A stretch of DNA of 64,000 nt from Octopus vulgaris (GCA_951406725.2 OX597817.1:128340001-128404000), one strand, 5' to 3'; counted from the first letter of the stretch, positions 41,201 through 58,139 are shown. Made by a program: numbers and translations. The notes: generated from the sequence alone by a model not told the origin.

Positions 41201-42599
41201 CCCACAACGAAATAAATAACGAAGAATATATTCCCTTGTGTTGCAATAGTAGATATAGACTACATGCAATGTTAGACAAAAATAAAAGAAATCAGAGATG
41301 CAGATTTACATACGAAATTAAGAAATATTTGAAAACAAAAGATATCCTTATCACAAACACTTGCTATTATATAAATGCGATACGTGAGCGCTATTGCTTA
41401 TGAACGCAACAATCCTGGCTAATTTATCAATTTATGAAAACTAACGTAGAGAAAGTTGCTTAGGTCTGGTCTTTTGAACTTGCCGACTGTCTGCATACAT
41501 GTTAGAGAAAGGCCACTGACTACAATGATACAATGTTTTATACTTGTAAGTGAATGGATGGGGAAATAGCGATGAATTAATCAAAGTAATGGGCAGAAAT
41601 TGTAGTAAAACTTACGGAAGCAAAGGTGAAGAGAAATAGAGAAAAAGTGAGTGAGTGAAGATCAATAAAGAAAAACATTTATTAGGTTTTGTCTGAGGCT
41701 TTAGCATATCAAAGAGATCAGTATGAAAGAGTAAAAGTTTTATGTCAATCATAGACATAATAGTTACTAATGGCGTGAAGAGAAGACGAGCATTACATAC
41801 TTTTTGGAACATACATCCGTTGTTTTTGCTGATCTTTGAAAAGGTGTTTTCTGTATTACAGAAAGTTTAGAGAGACTGGAGAGGAAGCATAAAAGTAGCC
41901 TTACTAGAAATTCCAAAGACAAAAAGAGCACAGAAAAGCAGGATCTGCATCCAAAGATGGACAAATGAGTGTAAAATAGGGTCGTTAATTGGAAGAGTAG
42001 TGATTACATTGCAGCTCCGTTACAGGTAGGATTGAAATCTACCAAGATATCTATTAATCCACAATTTGAGCTTTGAATGGTTAGACTGGAAATCTTAGTG
42101 AGAAATGAACAGTCTACGATTGAAAATCAAGTTATCTCTAATGTTACTATGCCACTTAGAAGATAAGTTAAATTCATTTCACAACTTGTATGTTTTTAAT
42201 TCTTTGGCAACAGTAAGACTGATATCAAAAAATGAAAGACTACCCGAATGGTATTCATAGGATATGAAAGGACAAATTTTGCTGTGGTACTTGTATTTGT
42301 GATAGAAGATACTAAGCTTAATCTAATTGGTTATATTTAAGAGGAAAGGATAATCAAAGAAAAATAAATTCTAGGACGAAGACGGAATTACAATGTGGCT
42401 AAACTAAACGTGGAATAAAGCAGCGAAGGTCTTAAAGAAATTATTCTTAGCATGAGACCACTTCTGTATATACAAGGCAAGAAATGTGAAAAAGATCAAG
42501 TTTCTGAACACAGCTCAAAATATACCAACGAGTGGTTTCCTTTCTTTGATACAATAATTGGCTCAAAGTATCTCTCTCCTTCATTGCTACAGATACATC

Positions 42600-43830
42600 T
42601 GTTCCCTCTGTCACTCACCGAATTCTTTAAAACATCAGAAGCTCTTTAACCATATCTATTTTTGTCTTGTAAACAAATACCTCACTTGTCTTCTCTCTGA
42701 AGTTGTCAATCCTCGCTGATTTCGATGCTCACAACTCATTGCTCTTACATTCTTTCCATGAAGACGCTGTTAAGTCAATCGCTCTTCTCTACTTTTTACA
42801 CCAACTTATTTCATCCTGTACTCGCATTCTAGACCGACACATAGACACATCAAACGTCTATTTATTTCTCACCTCAAAAACGTATCTGCACCTATCAGGG
42901 CATTCGACCGCTGCCTCATCGCTATTGTACAACACACAATCATATACTACACAGCGTCCCCTTCTCCACAGACTCTGTAGCATTTGAAGTTTACCGTATT
43001 GTCGGAGTTTCGCCAGTTTTATGCCAAACACAACTCGACGAATGTCAAAATATAACCGTTTTAGACATATGACTCCACATCGTACGCACAACAAAATATT
43101 CTATATTCCAAGTTACCTAACTGGTTTACTCAGAGCTGTAGTTGTCCAGGTAAAAAGTAAAAGTTGCAATACCTGGAAAATTTCGAGTTTATAAGAGAAT
43201 CCTCCAACGGATTCATGCCAGTTATTTATCTTGACATTTAAAACTCAAGTACTACTCATATAAAAGATGCTTACTGCACCTTAATCACAAGCAGCATTCA
43301 ATTAAAGGCCACATGGCGGTTTCAAATGTTGGACTTCATTATCACCAAAAGTATCGTCTGGTGAAACCAGCTCTGTAACACAGCCAGAATCGCATTCACA
43401 CTGATGCTGACATTCTACAAGATTCATTTAAGGCTTAGAATGGAGTACTACAGCTATATTTGGAACGATGCTGCTGGTATGCACACGGAAATCCTGGACA
43501 GTATTAAGACGCCCACGAGTGGCTGGAATTAGATTACTTACAGCTATGATCTTCCCTTCCGGTCAGCTGGTGTGCTGTCTCCGCTCACTGTCTTTCCTGT
43601 GGCTACAATAACGACCTCTGTACCTCAGCTCTGGTGGTTCTATACCTTCTTTATGCAAGGACCCACTCGTCTGTGTCCCTCGTCATTCCAATGAAGTTTA
43701 AATTATCTGATACCGCACTAACCACTTTTCCTAATCTTGCCTCTCCAGAATATGGACTCTATGGACTCTTCTACCTGCGCATATCTTTCTGACAGGTCTT
43801 AACTTACAATTTAAAAGGAGCATTAAAAAC
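42600..43830 (+). mobile_element. Highly degraded APE-type LINE
   Basis: ILADFDAHN (endonuclease GDFNAH-like); FYKIHLRLRMEYYSYIW (LYK..IRP.MEY.S.IW-like C-terminus). Confidence 0.55.
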
Positions 43831-44046
43831 CTTACCAGTCTCAGAGGATTAACAAAGGTTATGGGCACTGCTCTTTAATACAGATTTAAAATGATTGCGT
43901 TATTTTATGAAAGAGACTGTACTGACATGAAATCTTAATTATTTTATATTTCGCTTAGTCAAATCGGTAGTTAGGCTATACATATCTTATATACATCACC
44001 CCCCCCAAACACACACACATACACACGCACACACACACACACACGC

Positions 44047-44091
<45 letters not shown>

Positions 44092-44329
44092 TGTAAGTAT
44101 ATGTGCATGTGTACATTCTTTTACTTGTTTCAGTGATTTGACTGCAGCCTTGAAGCACCGCCTTGAAGGGTTTTAGTCGAAGAAATCGACCCCAGGACCT
44201 ATTCTTTGGAAGATTAACACTTATTTTACCAGTCTCTTTTGAACACTGAATGCAAAGACTGACGAAATGCCGTTAAGTAATTTTTTGGCGCGGTAAAGAT
44301 TCTGTCCGTAGTGGTAGTAGTAGTAATGC

Positions 44330-44892
44330 CCTGACGCAGTACAATGCAGTGGCTCTCATGGCTTTTGATCTTAACTGATTGGAAGTGTTATCATGTACAT
44401 TGTTTTGTCTTGATATAAAAAGACGGGCTACAGCAAATATTCTGCTCCATACCACAGAATTGCTTGCCAGTTGCTTGACCTTAACCAGTTGAGCATGTCC
44501 CTTAATGGCTGATGATATGTGTATCTTTGATCATAAACAGGAGTAGTAGTGGGGGCATCATAGCCATGTGTTGAGAGGAATTCTTTTGAGTTTGAATAAT
44601 ACACCTCTGGAAATATTAAACATCTTTAAACAATTCTTATTCAGGGACCTTTTGAGCAGAATGGGCTACTCGACCAGAAGAAAATTCTAACTAGGCTCCA
44701 CCTGCAAGGTCATGGACTGTTTACCTTGATATGAAATCACCATGTCGCGCACATATGGCTGTGATGCATGTGCCTGGTGTACCCTTATCAGAGTGGTAGA
44801 CATGATGGGTGTATTGGTCTTCGTATATTTTACCCCAGTATCTCTTTGATGCCATGTGCTTCTCTCTCACTCAATAATAATAATAATAATAA
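44330..44892 (+). repeat. Interspersed retroposon-like repeat with (AAT)n tail
   Basis: Antisense partial copy at 30170-30312; ends in an aat repeat. Confidence 0.6.
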
Positions 44893-45106
44893 TCCTTTCT
44901 AATAAAAACACAAAGCCTGACATTTTGGGGTAGGAGGCCAGTCGATTTGATCAACACCCAGTACGCAAATGATGCTTAATTTATCGACCACGAAAGAATG
45001 AAAGGCAAAGTCAACCTCGGCGGAATTTGAACTCAGAATGTAGCGGCAGATGAAATACCGCATAGCATTTCACCCCGCATGCGAGCGATTCGGCCAGCTC
45101 GCCGCC
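44893..45106 (-). mobile_element. SINE family B
   Basis: Family B core. Confidence 0.85.
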
Positions 45107-45111
45107 TTAAA

Positions 45112-47112
<2,001 letters not shown>

Positions 47113-47212
47113 AAACAACAACAACAACAACAGCAATAATAATAATAATAATATAATAATAATGATAATAATAATAATAATAATAACAATGATGATGATG
47201 ATGATGATAATG

Positions 47213-47267
<55 letters not shown>

Positions 47268-47293
47268 CATTATTATCATTATCATTATTATTA

Positions 47294-47374
<81 letters not shown>

Positions 47375-47375
47375 T
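47113..47375. repeat. (AAC)/(AAT)/(ATT)/(TAG) microsatellite with a strand switch near 47230
   Basis: Simple repeats. Confidence 0.9.
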
Positions 47376-47687
47376 AGTATAACACCAACAAAAAGTCCTG
47401 TTTGTACCGGTTGCCCTGGACAGTCATGGATTCTGAAAGCTTTATTATATTACATCTCAAATGTTACCCCTTTCCATTCTATACAACTTTCTCTCTTTAA
47501 CCATTTTATATTCATATTTTTTATATATTTTAAACATATATTATACTTCTGTATTTTTGTACATATTTTATAATACTTATATTACGTTTATATGTATTCT
47601 TTTTCCTTCTTTTAGCCGTCCTTCTCACCCATTTGGCATATGTTGACGAATGAATATAACCGATTACTCCATGTTTCTTTTACCGTT

Positions 47688-47776
<89 letters not shown>

Positions 47777-47802
47777 CATACATACATACATAAATACATA
47801 AA

Positions 47803-47864
<62 letters not shown>

Positions 47865-47950
47865 TTCGTTCAGTGTCTTTTCTTGACTGTATTCAATCTA
47901 TTCATTTGTAATTGACATTCACGTGCCAGCGTCACTTTTCACACAGATAT

Positions 47951-48009
<59 letters not shown>

Positions 48010-48261
48010 CACACACACACACGCTCACGCGCACATACACATACATAAACACACATACATACACATATATACAAACACGCGCACAGAGATAAAACAAAGA
48101 AAAACATATCGAGAATAATAACAAAAATTCGAATGTCTGTAGTCAAACGCGCCTGTATGCGCATGGAGGTGCCCCTCCCACACACACACAACACAACAGA
48201 CACACACACGCAGGCATGCACAAGCGAGCGCGTACGTACACACACACACATACACATGTAT

Positions 48262-48658
48262 ATTCTCTTTTACTTGTTTCAGTCATTTGACTGTAGCCAT
48301 GCTGGAGCACCGCCTTTTTAGTCGAGCTAATTGACCCTAATACTTATTCTTTTTAAGCCTAGTACTTATTCTATCGGTCTCTTTTGCCGAACCGCTAGAT
48401 TACGGGGACATAAACAAACCAGCATCGGTTGTTAAGCGATAGTGGGGTGACAAACACAGACGCACAAACGCATATATATATATATACATATATCCGACGG
48501 GCTTATTTCAGTTTCCATCTACCAAATTCACTCACAAGGCTTTGGTCGGCCCGAGGCTATAGTAGAAGACACTTTCCCAAGGTGCCACGCAGTGTGAATG
48601 AACCAAGAACCATGTGGTTGGCAAGCAAGCTACTTACCACACAGCCACTCCTGCGCCT
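48262..48658 (-). mobile_element. SINE family A
   Basis: Reverse complement of the 8396-8808 family. Confidence 0.9.
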
Positions 48659-48688
48659 ATATGTATATTATTTTTAAGCAAGAATATT

Positions 48689-48730
48689 GAGAGTGACTTC
48701 GAAGTTTCGGACACCTAATCCGTCATCGGA
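48689..48730 (-). ncRNA. Degenerate hammerhead motif
   Basis: Reverse complement: CCGATGA c gga ttaggtg tcc GAAA CTTCGAAG TC. Palindromic stem III intact; stem I lost. Confidence 0.45.
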
Positions 48731-48803
48731 TGGGTTAATTGGCGGTAATATATATATATATATATCTATATATATATATACCTACACACACACACACACA
48801 CAC

Positions 48804-48885
<82 letters not shown>

Positions 48886-48891
<6 letters not shown>

Positions 48892-49395
48892 TAGCCCGGC
48901 GTTGCTCGGGTTTGTAAGGGAAATAACTATATAAGCATTTTTAGAGAGTTACTTCCCTTATAGATGCCAATTCGGGCTTTCTTAGCCATTTCTGTTTTGG
49001 TGTCTTCAAGCCATGAAGTCGTTGTTCTAAAAGAACGCTGGTCTCCTTCACAACGCTTTACGACGTTGATTTCCTTACACTCCCTTCCCCACAGCTTCAC
49101 GAGGGAGGGAAGAAGGGGGAGAAGCAAACAGGTGCAGGTGCGACCATGGACGCCAACTCCGCCGCCATCGACACACAAAAAATTATGCATTAAAATGGAA
49201 TAAAAAATAATGTTAAATTATTTTTAAAATTGTAGACTCATTGTAGACGCGCGCTAATACTCCGACGGGCTCGATATGAATCACGACTATAAGATACCCG
49301 AATTTGGTTAAACTGCACCGCAAAATGTGGGAGTAGTTAGGAATCTAAATCGAAGGGGACAGATACTCACACAACTACAGTTTTATATATATAGA
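48886..49395 (-). mobile_element. Non-autonomous Helitron
   Basis: Reverse complement starts TCTATATATATAAAA and ends in hairpin CCCGAGCAACGCCGGG; sister copy at 55066. Confidence 0.8.
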
Positions 49396-49440
49396 TTACA
49401 AAAGAGGCTGGTGTTTCCACTCAGGAAAAATATAGGAAAA

Positions 49441-49813
49441 TGTGTTGATGAAAATGCACTTAAATTTCAAAAACTCGTAATTATTTAAAATACATTTATT
49501 TACATATTTACCAAACTAGTTTCAGCAATATTTTTTGTTTATCAATGGTAACAGTTTAAAATTATGAATTAGAAAAAGAACATTTTAAAAAGTTTCAATG
49601 TTGACAAATTAAAATGTTCAAAACAAATAAATTTAGCATTATAAATTAGGAGGATAGTTACAAGTTTAAACGTTCAGTTTTTCTAATTCATAATTTATAA
49701 CTTTTACTATTGATAAATAAAAAAATATTGGTTAAACTACTTTGGTATATATGTAAATAAATGTATTTTAAACAATTACGAGGTTTTGAAATTTAGGTTC
49801 ATTCTCAACAACA
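49441..49813. mobile_element. Fold-back element (arms ~49441-49580 / 49672-49813) with divergent hammerhead motifs
   Basis: Long imperfect inverted repeat. Minus 49508-49551: ttacca TTGATAA acaaaaaatattgct GAAA CTAG TT tggtaa. Confidence 0.75.
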
Positions 49814-49820
49814 TATGTAT

Positions 49821-49921
<101 letters not shown>

Positions 49922-50409
49922 ATTTGGAGATGATCGTAATTTGCCAGTTAACCATACACTATATACTTGGCCTTTACTTCAGTTTTATTTTAGCGCCCTC
50001 TTCTCTTTACTCCATCCAGAGAGAATAGGGGAAGACACGTGGGATGGAGAGACGCTGAAGAGGTGACAGGACGTGTGACGAAATATTTAAGATAAAGGAC
50101 ACTAAAGGGAGAATAATAAAGCTGAAGAGAAGACCAAACATACAGTGCATGTGGTTAATTGGAAAAAATATTACCATCCTCAAATATAGCAATATCTGTT
50201 TCAACACACCATCTCGCTTGCCGTAAGGAGATTGTCTCTCTCCCATGTCAGTCATTATAAAAGTGTTCTTATGTGGCTAAGAGTTCTTTTGACTCTTATT
50301 TCTAGCAATGCTGTTGCTGACTAGTACCCTCAAGTCACTTTAGTGACAACGATACTCGTTGCCTTTTGTTTGTAAATTGCAAGTACACAGACACACACGT
50401 ATGTATATA

Positions 50410-50674
50410 TATACTGCATCTCCTGCTCTCTCTGCCGTTCTCTATACATCGGGAAAACGGGACGCCGCTTGGCTGACCGGTTCGCGGAACACCTCGCGGA
50501 ACACCACTCGGCAATGACACCCCGTTCTCTCGCCATTTCCGCTGTACCGGTCACTCTTTGCAACACCTGTATGTGTTCGGATTTTCCTTGCACAAGAGCC
50601 ATCCGGACGCCCGTTTGCGCCGTGAACAGAGATTAATCTTCTCTCTTCGCTCCTTTGCTCCACATGGGCTCAAC
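50410..50674 (+). pseudogene. Penelope-like GIY-YIG endonuclease C-terminal fragment
   Basis: IYCISCSLCRSLYIGKTGRRLADRFAEHL ... PFSRHF..TGHS ... RLRREQRLIFSLRSFAPHGLN (not in the ORF track; small duplication/frameshift). Confidence 0.85.
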
Positions 50675-51007
50675 TTTCCTCCTCTCTTCCTCTAACCTCC
50701 TCCTCTCTCCCTTCTCCCCCACACACCTACTTCCTCCCACCCATATCCGATTCCCACTTCTCTTCATTCCTACCCACCTTCTCCTTTCCCCTTCATCGTC
50801 ACCCCTCCCTCTAACCCCACCCTCTAACCCCACCCACCCCTACATAATCCAACCCCACCTTCCCTATCTATCCCATCCCAACCTACCCATCCCTTACACT
50901 CACTCCTACATACACCACATCTACATATATATATGTATGTATGTACGTACGTATGTATGCATGTATGTATGTATGTATGTATGTATGTATGTATGTATGT
51001 ATGTATA

Positions 51008-51125
51008 GGCCTTGCTTTGCTCTTGGATAACATCGGTTTTGTGGAGGCAATTCTTGTGGCTTGGAGGAGAACTTTCTAGGTGCAATCCCATGATCATTCA
51101 TGACCGAAGTGGGTCTTTACCCTTT
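51008..51125 (+). mobile_element. SINE family C 3' fragment
   Basis: aactttctaggtgcaatcccatgatcattcatgaccgaag matches 26010-26047. Confidence 0.75.
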
Positions 51126-51156
51126 ACTACATGAATATGTTTATGTATATCTATCC

Positions 51157-51230
<74 letters not shown>

Positions 51231-51259
51231 CTGGAGGTGTGTGTATATATATATATCTA

Positions 51260-51294
<35 letters not shown>

Positions 51295-51304
<10 letters not shown>

Positions 51305-51831
51305 AAATCCGTTCTGTCTGTGTGTCTTCTCGGATCTCGGGCATCCACCTTCCGATTGCGCTCAAATTTGATATGTAGATACCCACGGTATCAAGGCGTG
51401 GATAAGTCTTGAAAAAATTACAAAAATCGATTCCAGGTGAGAATGCGATCGATAAAGCCGTTTTTGTCCTGCTTTTCTTTTGTCAACCTGTATATAACTG
51501 CACCATCCATTTTTTGTTGTTTTTGTACTGCTTAAATGCACGTTTCTTTCCTGCCAAGCTTACTGTTTAAACCATGTTTGTGTTCTCCCAGTCAACAACC
51601 TTATCATTACTGCTACTTTAAACTCTTATATTTGTGTGAATAAAATCGTTTTTCTTTGGGATAGAAAAAATTCTATTTTTATTTCTACTTTTGGTGGTGT
51701 CTCAAATTTAGGTTAAATCAGTGTTTCTCAATGGGGAGGCCTATGGGGACGGTCAGGCAAGTTGTTTCGAGGAAATTTGGTTTAAATGTTTGATAACTCA
51801 GCACCGTCCATTGGATGGGGGTGTTTTGCTC

Positions 51832-51833
<2 letters not shown>
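51295..51833 (+). mobile_element. Probable non-autonomous Helitron
   Basis: TA-flanked; 5' ataataaaa..ctgtctgtgtgtc; 3' hairpin ccgtccattggatgg followed by CTCG|T. Confidence 0.55.
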
Positions 51834-51899
<66 letters not shown>

Positions 51900-53425
51900 G
51901 GAGAGAGAGAGAGAGAAAATTCTTTAACGCATATTAATGATTCGTTACAATTGTTTCTGTACCAGTTCTACTTGCAACGCCAGTTTACGCAAAAAGTAGT
52001 ATCTACGCCAAGCAATGATTGGGATTAAACGAACTTTAAATTTGTTCTCTTCTGTCTTTCTTTTGCTCATTCACACATATATACGCACACGCGCACACGC
52101 ACCCACACACACTTGCACACTCAACCACAAACCCTCACATCCACCCACATTCACCCACCCCACACTCACCCACACCCCACCTCCACCCACACACATACAC
52201 CCACATTATCTGTCTGCCTACATGTCTGTATATTGGGTAAAATTTCAAGGAGACCAAATATTTGTGGAGTACTCTATAGATTATTTACATTATTTACATT
52301 CGACGGATATTTGTCCCAATATAGAACTGTACTCTATAGATGTTAAAGATAAACTTGCATTTCACAGATTTAATGGTTTTGAAAAGAAACTCCTCTTTCC
52401 CTGTTTTATTAACTAACCTGAAACAGTATTTTGAATCTTTACATACAGTAGAATTATTCCATAATTTGAAGCGAAATTTGATTCATAACAATAGAAATGA
52501 TTTTCTCGCGAAATATGACGTCAATTAGAGGAAGACCGTGTAATTAAATGATGTCATTTGATGTTAGGTAAAACTGGCATACATAAAATTGGTGTTAGAT
52601 TAGGGATATCAGCACAGGTTGATGAAACCTGCTACTGGTACCATGTAAACCAGTACTATGTAAACCACGGTCGGGTGGTCAGGGATTAAACTGGCTTCCC
52701 CACTAGCTACTCTTGTGAAGAGAGTATCTGGATACCAAACAGCACTAAAAACAACACCTTCCAAAGAGCAGATGAGCTCCTCGTGGGCCAACAGCCATCT
52801 GTTTGTAGAAAGCAATGGTAAACCAGCTTCAGTATCTCAGTCAAGAAAACACTACGCGACAGTCTGAAATAAGTAACGCTAGGGCTTCATTCGATGGGAG
52901 AATTCGTGCTTAATTGGGAAGACTTTCCTTGCAGTGTTCTCAACGTGCTTTAAGAGTATACGATATATGACGACGAATATACGTTCACACTAATACAATG
53001 CATATGTAAATATACAAATATACAGATAAATGAATTTGTACTCAAATGAATAGTATGCAGTTAATAGATAATATCTAATTAAATTAATAACAGATTATAT
53101 ATTTGGAAACGTTCATAAATACATGCAATCTACACGTAATACATTTGCAGCCCTACAATTCAAAATATTTTAATATTTATGTTTTATTTGCTTTTAATTA
53201 AAATTAATTTATTATGCAATAAAAAGGTGCACATTTGCTGCTATATTTTTACTGTGATGCAATGTAAACAATTTTGAAATACGCCAGATTACATAACGTC
53301 GCCAGCATCATTGTGCAAATGAAAGCCAGTCTGATCATAAGTTCAACCATTTATCGTGTAAGAAAATTGTTTTCCAAGTTATTCCAATTTTTGTCTTTGT
53401 GCGACTGTCTCTTTAGCCACTATGC

Positions 53426-53472
<47 letters not shown>

Positions 53473-53843
53473 ATGTGTATGTGTGTGTGTGTACTTACCT
53501 CTTACCTGCACTTAAAAAATAGATGTATCCATACACATACATAACATATACTACATACATGAAAACATACACACACTCACACACAACACAACACACATAT
53601 ACACACACACGCACATACATTTTACATGCCGACATTCATACACGCACATTCGCGTGTGTGTTTGCTTTTGTTTATTGTGGAACGAAGTTAAATAACTACA
53701 AAGTAAATATCATATATAAAGAAAAAATATCTATAAAAATAATAATAACAAAATGCACGACATAAAAATATGCACGTAGAGAGGAATAGGAAATACAAAA
53801 TATATATATATGTAAAAATAAATATACACAGAAAAAAACAATT

Positions 53844-54321
<478 letters not shown>

Positions 54322-54810
54322 TCTGACTTTTGACACGAGCCAATAATGATATAATGTATGTTCGGTGAACAGGGTGTATTATTGTATTGGCTGGGAATTA
54401 ATCTTTATGCTCAGACGTCAAGTGAATTTTCAACTTTGAATAGCAATGTTGGTCCAACCTGCTGCCTGAACGTCTTGCCTAGTCCGTGTCTCTGTCTATT
54501 TCTGTCTGTCAGTCTCTCTTTTTTTTTCTCTCCCCACCCCGCCACCCGTCTTTTCGAACTGTTGCTCAACTGCTTCTGTTTGTCTCTGTGTCTTCCTCTC
54601 CTTGCTCTCTCTCCCCCCATTTACTGTCTGCCCGTCTCTCTGTCTTTCTATATTATGTTCGCTTGCCTAAATAGCTTTTGTCGTTTCTCACTCTTTTTTA
54701 CCTTTACTCTCTTTTATGTTCCTCTTTACTCTTCCTTTCTCTTTCACTCTCTATCGTATGACTTCCTACCTGTCTTCGCTCGCGTTTTTCCCGCTCTCTG
54801 AATTCTTTCA

Positions 54811-54867
<57 letters not shown>

Positions 54868-55004
54868 AGTTTCTCTCTCTCTCTTTCCTTTTCTCTCTTG
54901 TTTCCTTTTCTCAGTCTTTTGTCGACTTGACAATTCGTCTGTCTCTGTCTATTTGTCTGCTTGTCTCCTTGTCCATCTGGTGACTAATTTTTGTTTCAGC
55001 TGTC

Positions 55005-55065
<61 letters not shown>

Positions 55066-55380
55066 CTAGCAGTATCGCCCGGCGTTGCTCGGGTTTGTAA
55101 GGGAAATAACTATATAAGCATTTTTTAGAGAGTTATAGCCAAAAAATAGGAAAAAAATGCATTAAAAATGGAAAAAAAATTAAGGTAAATTTCTTTTTAA
55201 ATCGTTGACACATCGTAGATATTTTTAGAGAGTTACTTCCCTTATATAATAGCGAAAAAAATGCATTAAAATGGAAAAATATGATGGTAAATTTTTTTAA
55301 ATCGTAGACTCATCGTAGACGCGCGCTAATACCCAGAAGGGCTCGATATGACTCACGACTATAAGATACCCGGTTTGGTT
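55066..55380 (-). mobile_element. Helitron 3' part (sister of 48886-49395), truncated at the piggyBac element
   Basis: a|CTAGcagtatcg CCCGGCGTTGCTCGGG; colinear with 48895-49310. Confidence 0.8.
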
Positions 55381-55384
55381 TTTC

Positions 55385-56270
55385 TTAACCCTTTCGTTAC
55401 TATATTTCTGACCAAAATACACCCCTTATGTGTTTCAATTATTTTCTAACGTAATCATATATTTAGTCTGGTTTCATTAAACAACAATAACTTTTTTATT
55501 TATCAATATATTAATGTGATTTTTGGAAGATAATTTAATGAAATGTCCTCAACCAATTCTATACTATAATTTTTGTCACAAAGTGACTCTAATTGCAGGT
55601 AGATACAGGTAAATTCAACAATATATAAAATTATTAAAATTTTGTTCAAACATCGCTATAGAAAATGGGTTATTAGCTAATATTCAATTGGGTATACAAC
55701 AAAATTTTACGATATAATTTGTTATTCTGGGTAACTTTCTGATACCCATAATAATATTTATGGCAAAATAGGCCTTAATTTCATTTAAGGTTGTGAGAAA
55801 TAACAAACTATCCTTTCTTTCGTTTTGTTTACGTTTAGCGTAACGGTTCGTTTCTGCCGTAATGATTTCAAATAGGCTCATTCGAAAAAGTAAATAGAAA
55901 TAGCTTAAGGCTTTACTCTTCTGGGAAAGTCTGTGGCTTGGTCCAGTTTCTTCAGAAAAATCACCGAAAGAAACAGTTTTTAAACTTTCACTCCATTCAG
56001 GTACCAATTCGTTTTCTTTATCGCTGTCGGATTCACTGTTTTCACTTTAATAGCTGCAAACTTGCAAAGACAAAGGAGGAAAAGGGTGATAGCGTCAGTG
56101 AAACAGTTCGTTCCCTTTGTGTGTGTGTGCGTTTGCGTGTGGTGTAAACCACATTAAGAAGAGCATTTGACATACACACCAGAATGTGAGTTTTCTGTAA
56201 ATTTTGCTTAATTGGAGTTTAAATTTTAAAAACTGGACGTGGCATGACCCGATGCATTCTACTCTTAAAA
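55385..56270 (-). mobile_element. piggyBac-like element remnant with PGBD-type transposase fragment (ORF 55684-56007)
   Basis: TTAA-CCCTTT terminus at 55385; protein EIITAETNRYA...TLNEIKAYFAINIIMGI..LP. Confidence 0.75.
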
Positions 56271-56481
56271 ATGCTAGGTAAATTGTAATTGAAGAAATCC
56301 TATATTGTAGATTTCTATAACTTACAAAGGGAGGCAGATAAAATCTGCCTTTTATAATAAGATATATATATATATATATATACACGTGTTTTTTATATAT
56401 CTGTATGTGTATACATAAACACACGTATACACACACAGACATATATATATACATACATACATATATATGCATGTATATATC

Positions 56482-56615
<134 letters not shown>

Positions 56616-57580
56616 CACATACTGAAAGGGCAACTAATAGTTTCATGCTCTTATGATACTTTAAATAGGCATATTATAAAATATGCTGTGTATCTCCAAG
56701 TAATCTTTCACGCCTTATTTATGTGTTAGATATATTTTAAAAACTAGGACACTGGACAGTGAGAAAATAAGTAAAAAATGAGAAGAAAACGCGAAGAATA
56801 TTGATGCAAAAAATAGAACGAGAAAAAATGAAAGCAACAAACCCGAAAATACCCTTCCTCCCAGATTGAAGAAACAATAATTAATGCTGGTATAAAACAA
56901 AATAACAGAAAATATGTCAAAGTCTGCGAGAGAACAATTCAGTCCGGAGCAGATCGTGTCCTCCAGTATGAGAATAGAAACTGTTGTAGGGAATTAGTAA
57001 TAATGGTATACACGCCTCCCACGCGACGAATGGAATAACCTAGTCACTATAAGTAAGGAGAAGTACGTGATGTACCAGACTACGTTGAAGGTGGTCAGAG
57101 ATAGCCGTGTCTTTAAAGCTTTGACTAAGTATATTCTATACCAAAGTGCGCGTTATAACAATCCAACAATAAAAGGATTGCAACAGAAACCTGTCCACGT
57201 GTGTGCATCAGCTAAAAATTTCAGATCTGCAATAAAGCAGTGTGGGGGGATTCTTTGATCTAAGGAAAATATGAGATCTTTCTGCTACGTATAAGTTGAC
57301 TTTCCTTAGATCCATTAACATATGGCGTCCTAGTTTATAGAATATATTTTAACGCATAAGCAGAACCTGAAAAATTACTTGGTGATATATGGCGTATTTT
57401 ATAAATATACCAATTTAAAATATCATAAAGTCATTAAATTATTAGTAACTCTTTAGGTATGTGTATTAAATTGATATGTACCTCCCGCTGGATGGCGTAC
57501 TTTTTTGTTGAGTCTACTTATTTTGTGTGTGTGTGTATATATATATATTGTGTGTGTGTATATATATATTGTGTATATAT

Positions 57581-57990
57581 AGGCGTGGGATTGGCTGTGG
57601 GGTAAGTAGCTTGCTTACCAACCACATGGTTCTGGGTTCAGTCCCACTACGTGGCACCTTGGGCAAGTGCCTTCTACTATAGCCTCAGGCCAACCAAAGC
57701 CCTATGAGTGGATTTGATTGAAACTGAAAGAAGCCTGTCGTATATATGTATATATATATATATGTATGTGTGTGTTATGTTTGTATGTCTGTGTCTGTCC
57801 CCCCAGCATCGCTTGACATCCGATACTGGTGTGTTTACGTCGCTGTAACTTAGCGGTTCGGCAAAAGAGACCGATAAAATAAGTACTAGGCTTACAAAGC
57901 ATAAAACCTGGAGTCGTTTTGCTCGACTAAAAAGGCGGTGCGCCAGCATGGCCACAGTCAAATGACAGAAACAAGTAAAAGAGTAAAAGA

Positions 57991-57992
<2 letters not shown>
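57581..57992 (+). mobile_element. SINE family A
   Basis: Matches 8396-8808. Confidence 0.9.
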
Positions 57993-58040
<48 letters not shown>

Positions 58041-58139
58041 GTATATATATGTATATATGCATGTATACACACACACGTATACATAGACATATAAGCAGAC
58101 ATATATATACTGAAGTCGGTGTTAACACAATAAATATTA

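Noticed and set aside
52770-52856. HDV-like ribozyme (TCCTCGT loop; gcaatggtaaacca resembles RTE 5' ends)
   Set aside because: Could not build P1/P2/P3 in the correct order; at best a decayed RTE-related fragment
56950-57260. Possible Penelope thumb-region fragment
   Set aside because: Similarity too weak to support by eye
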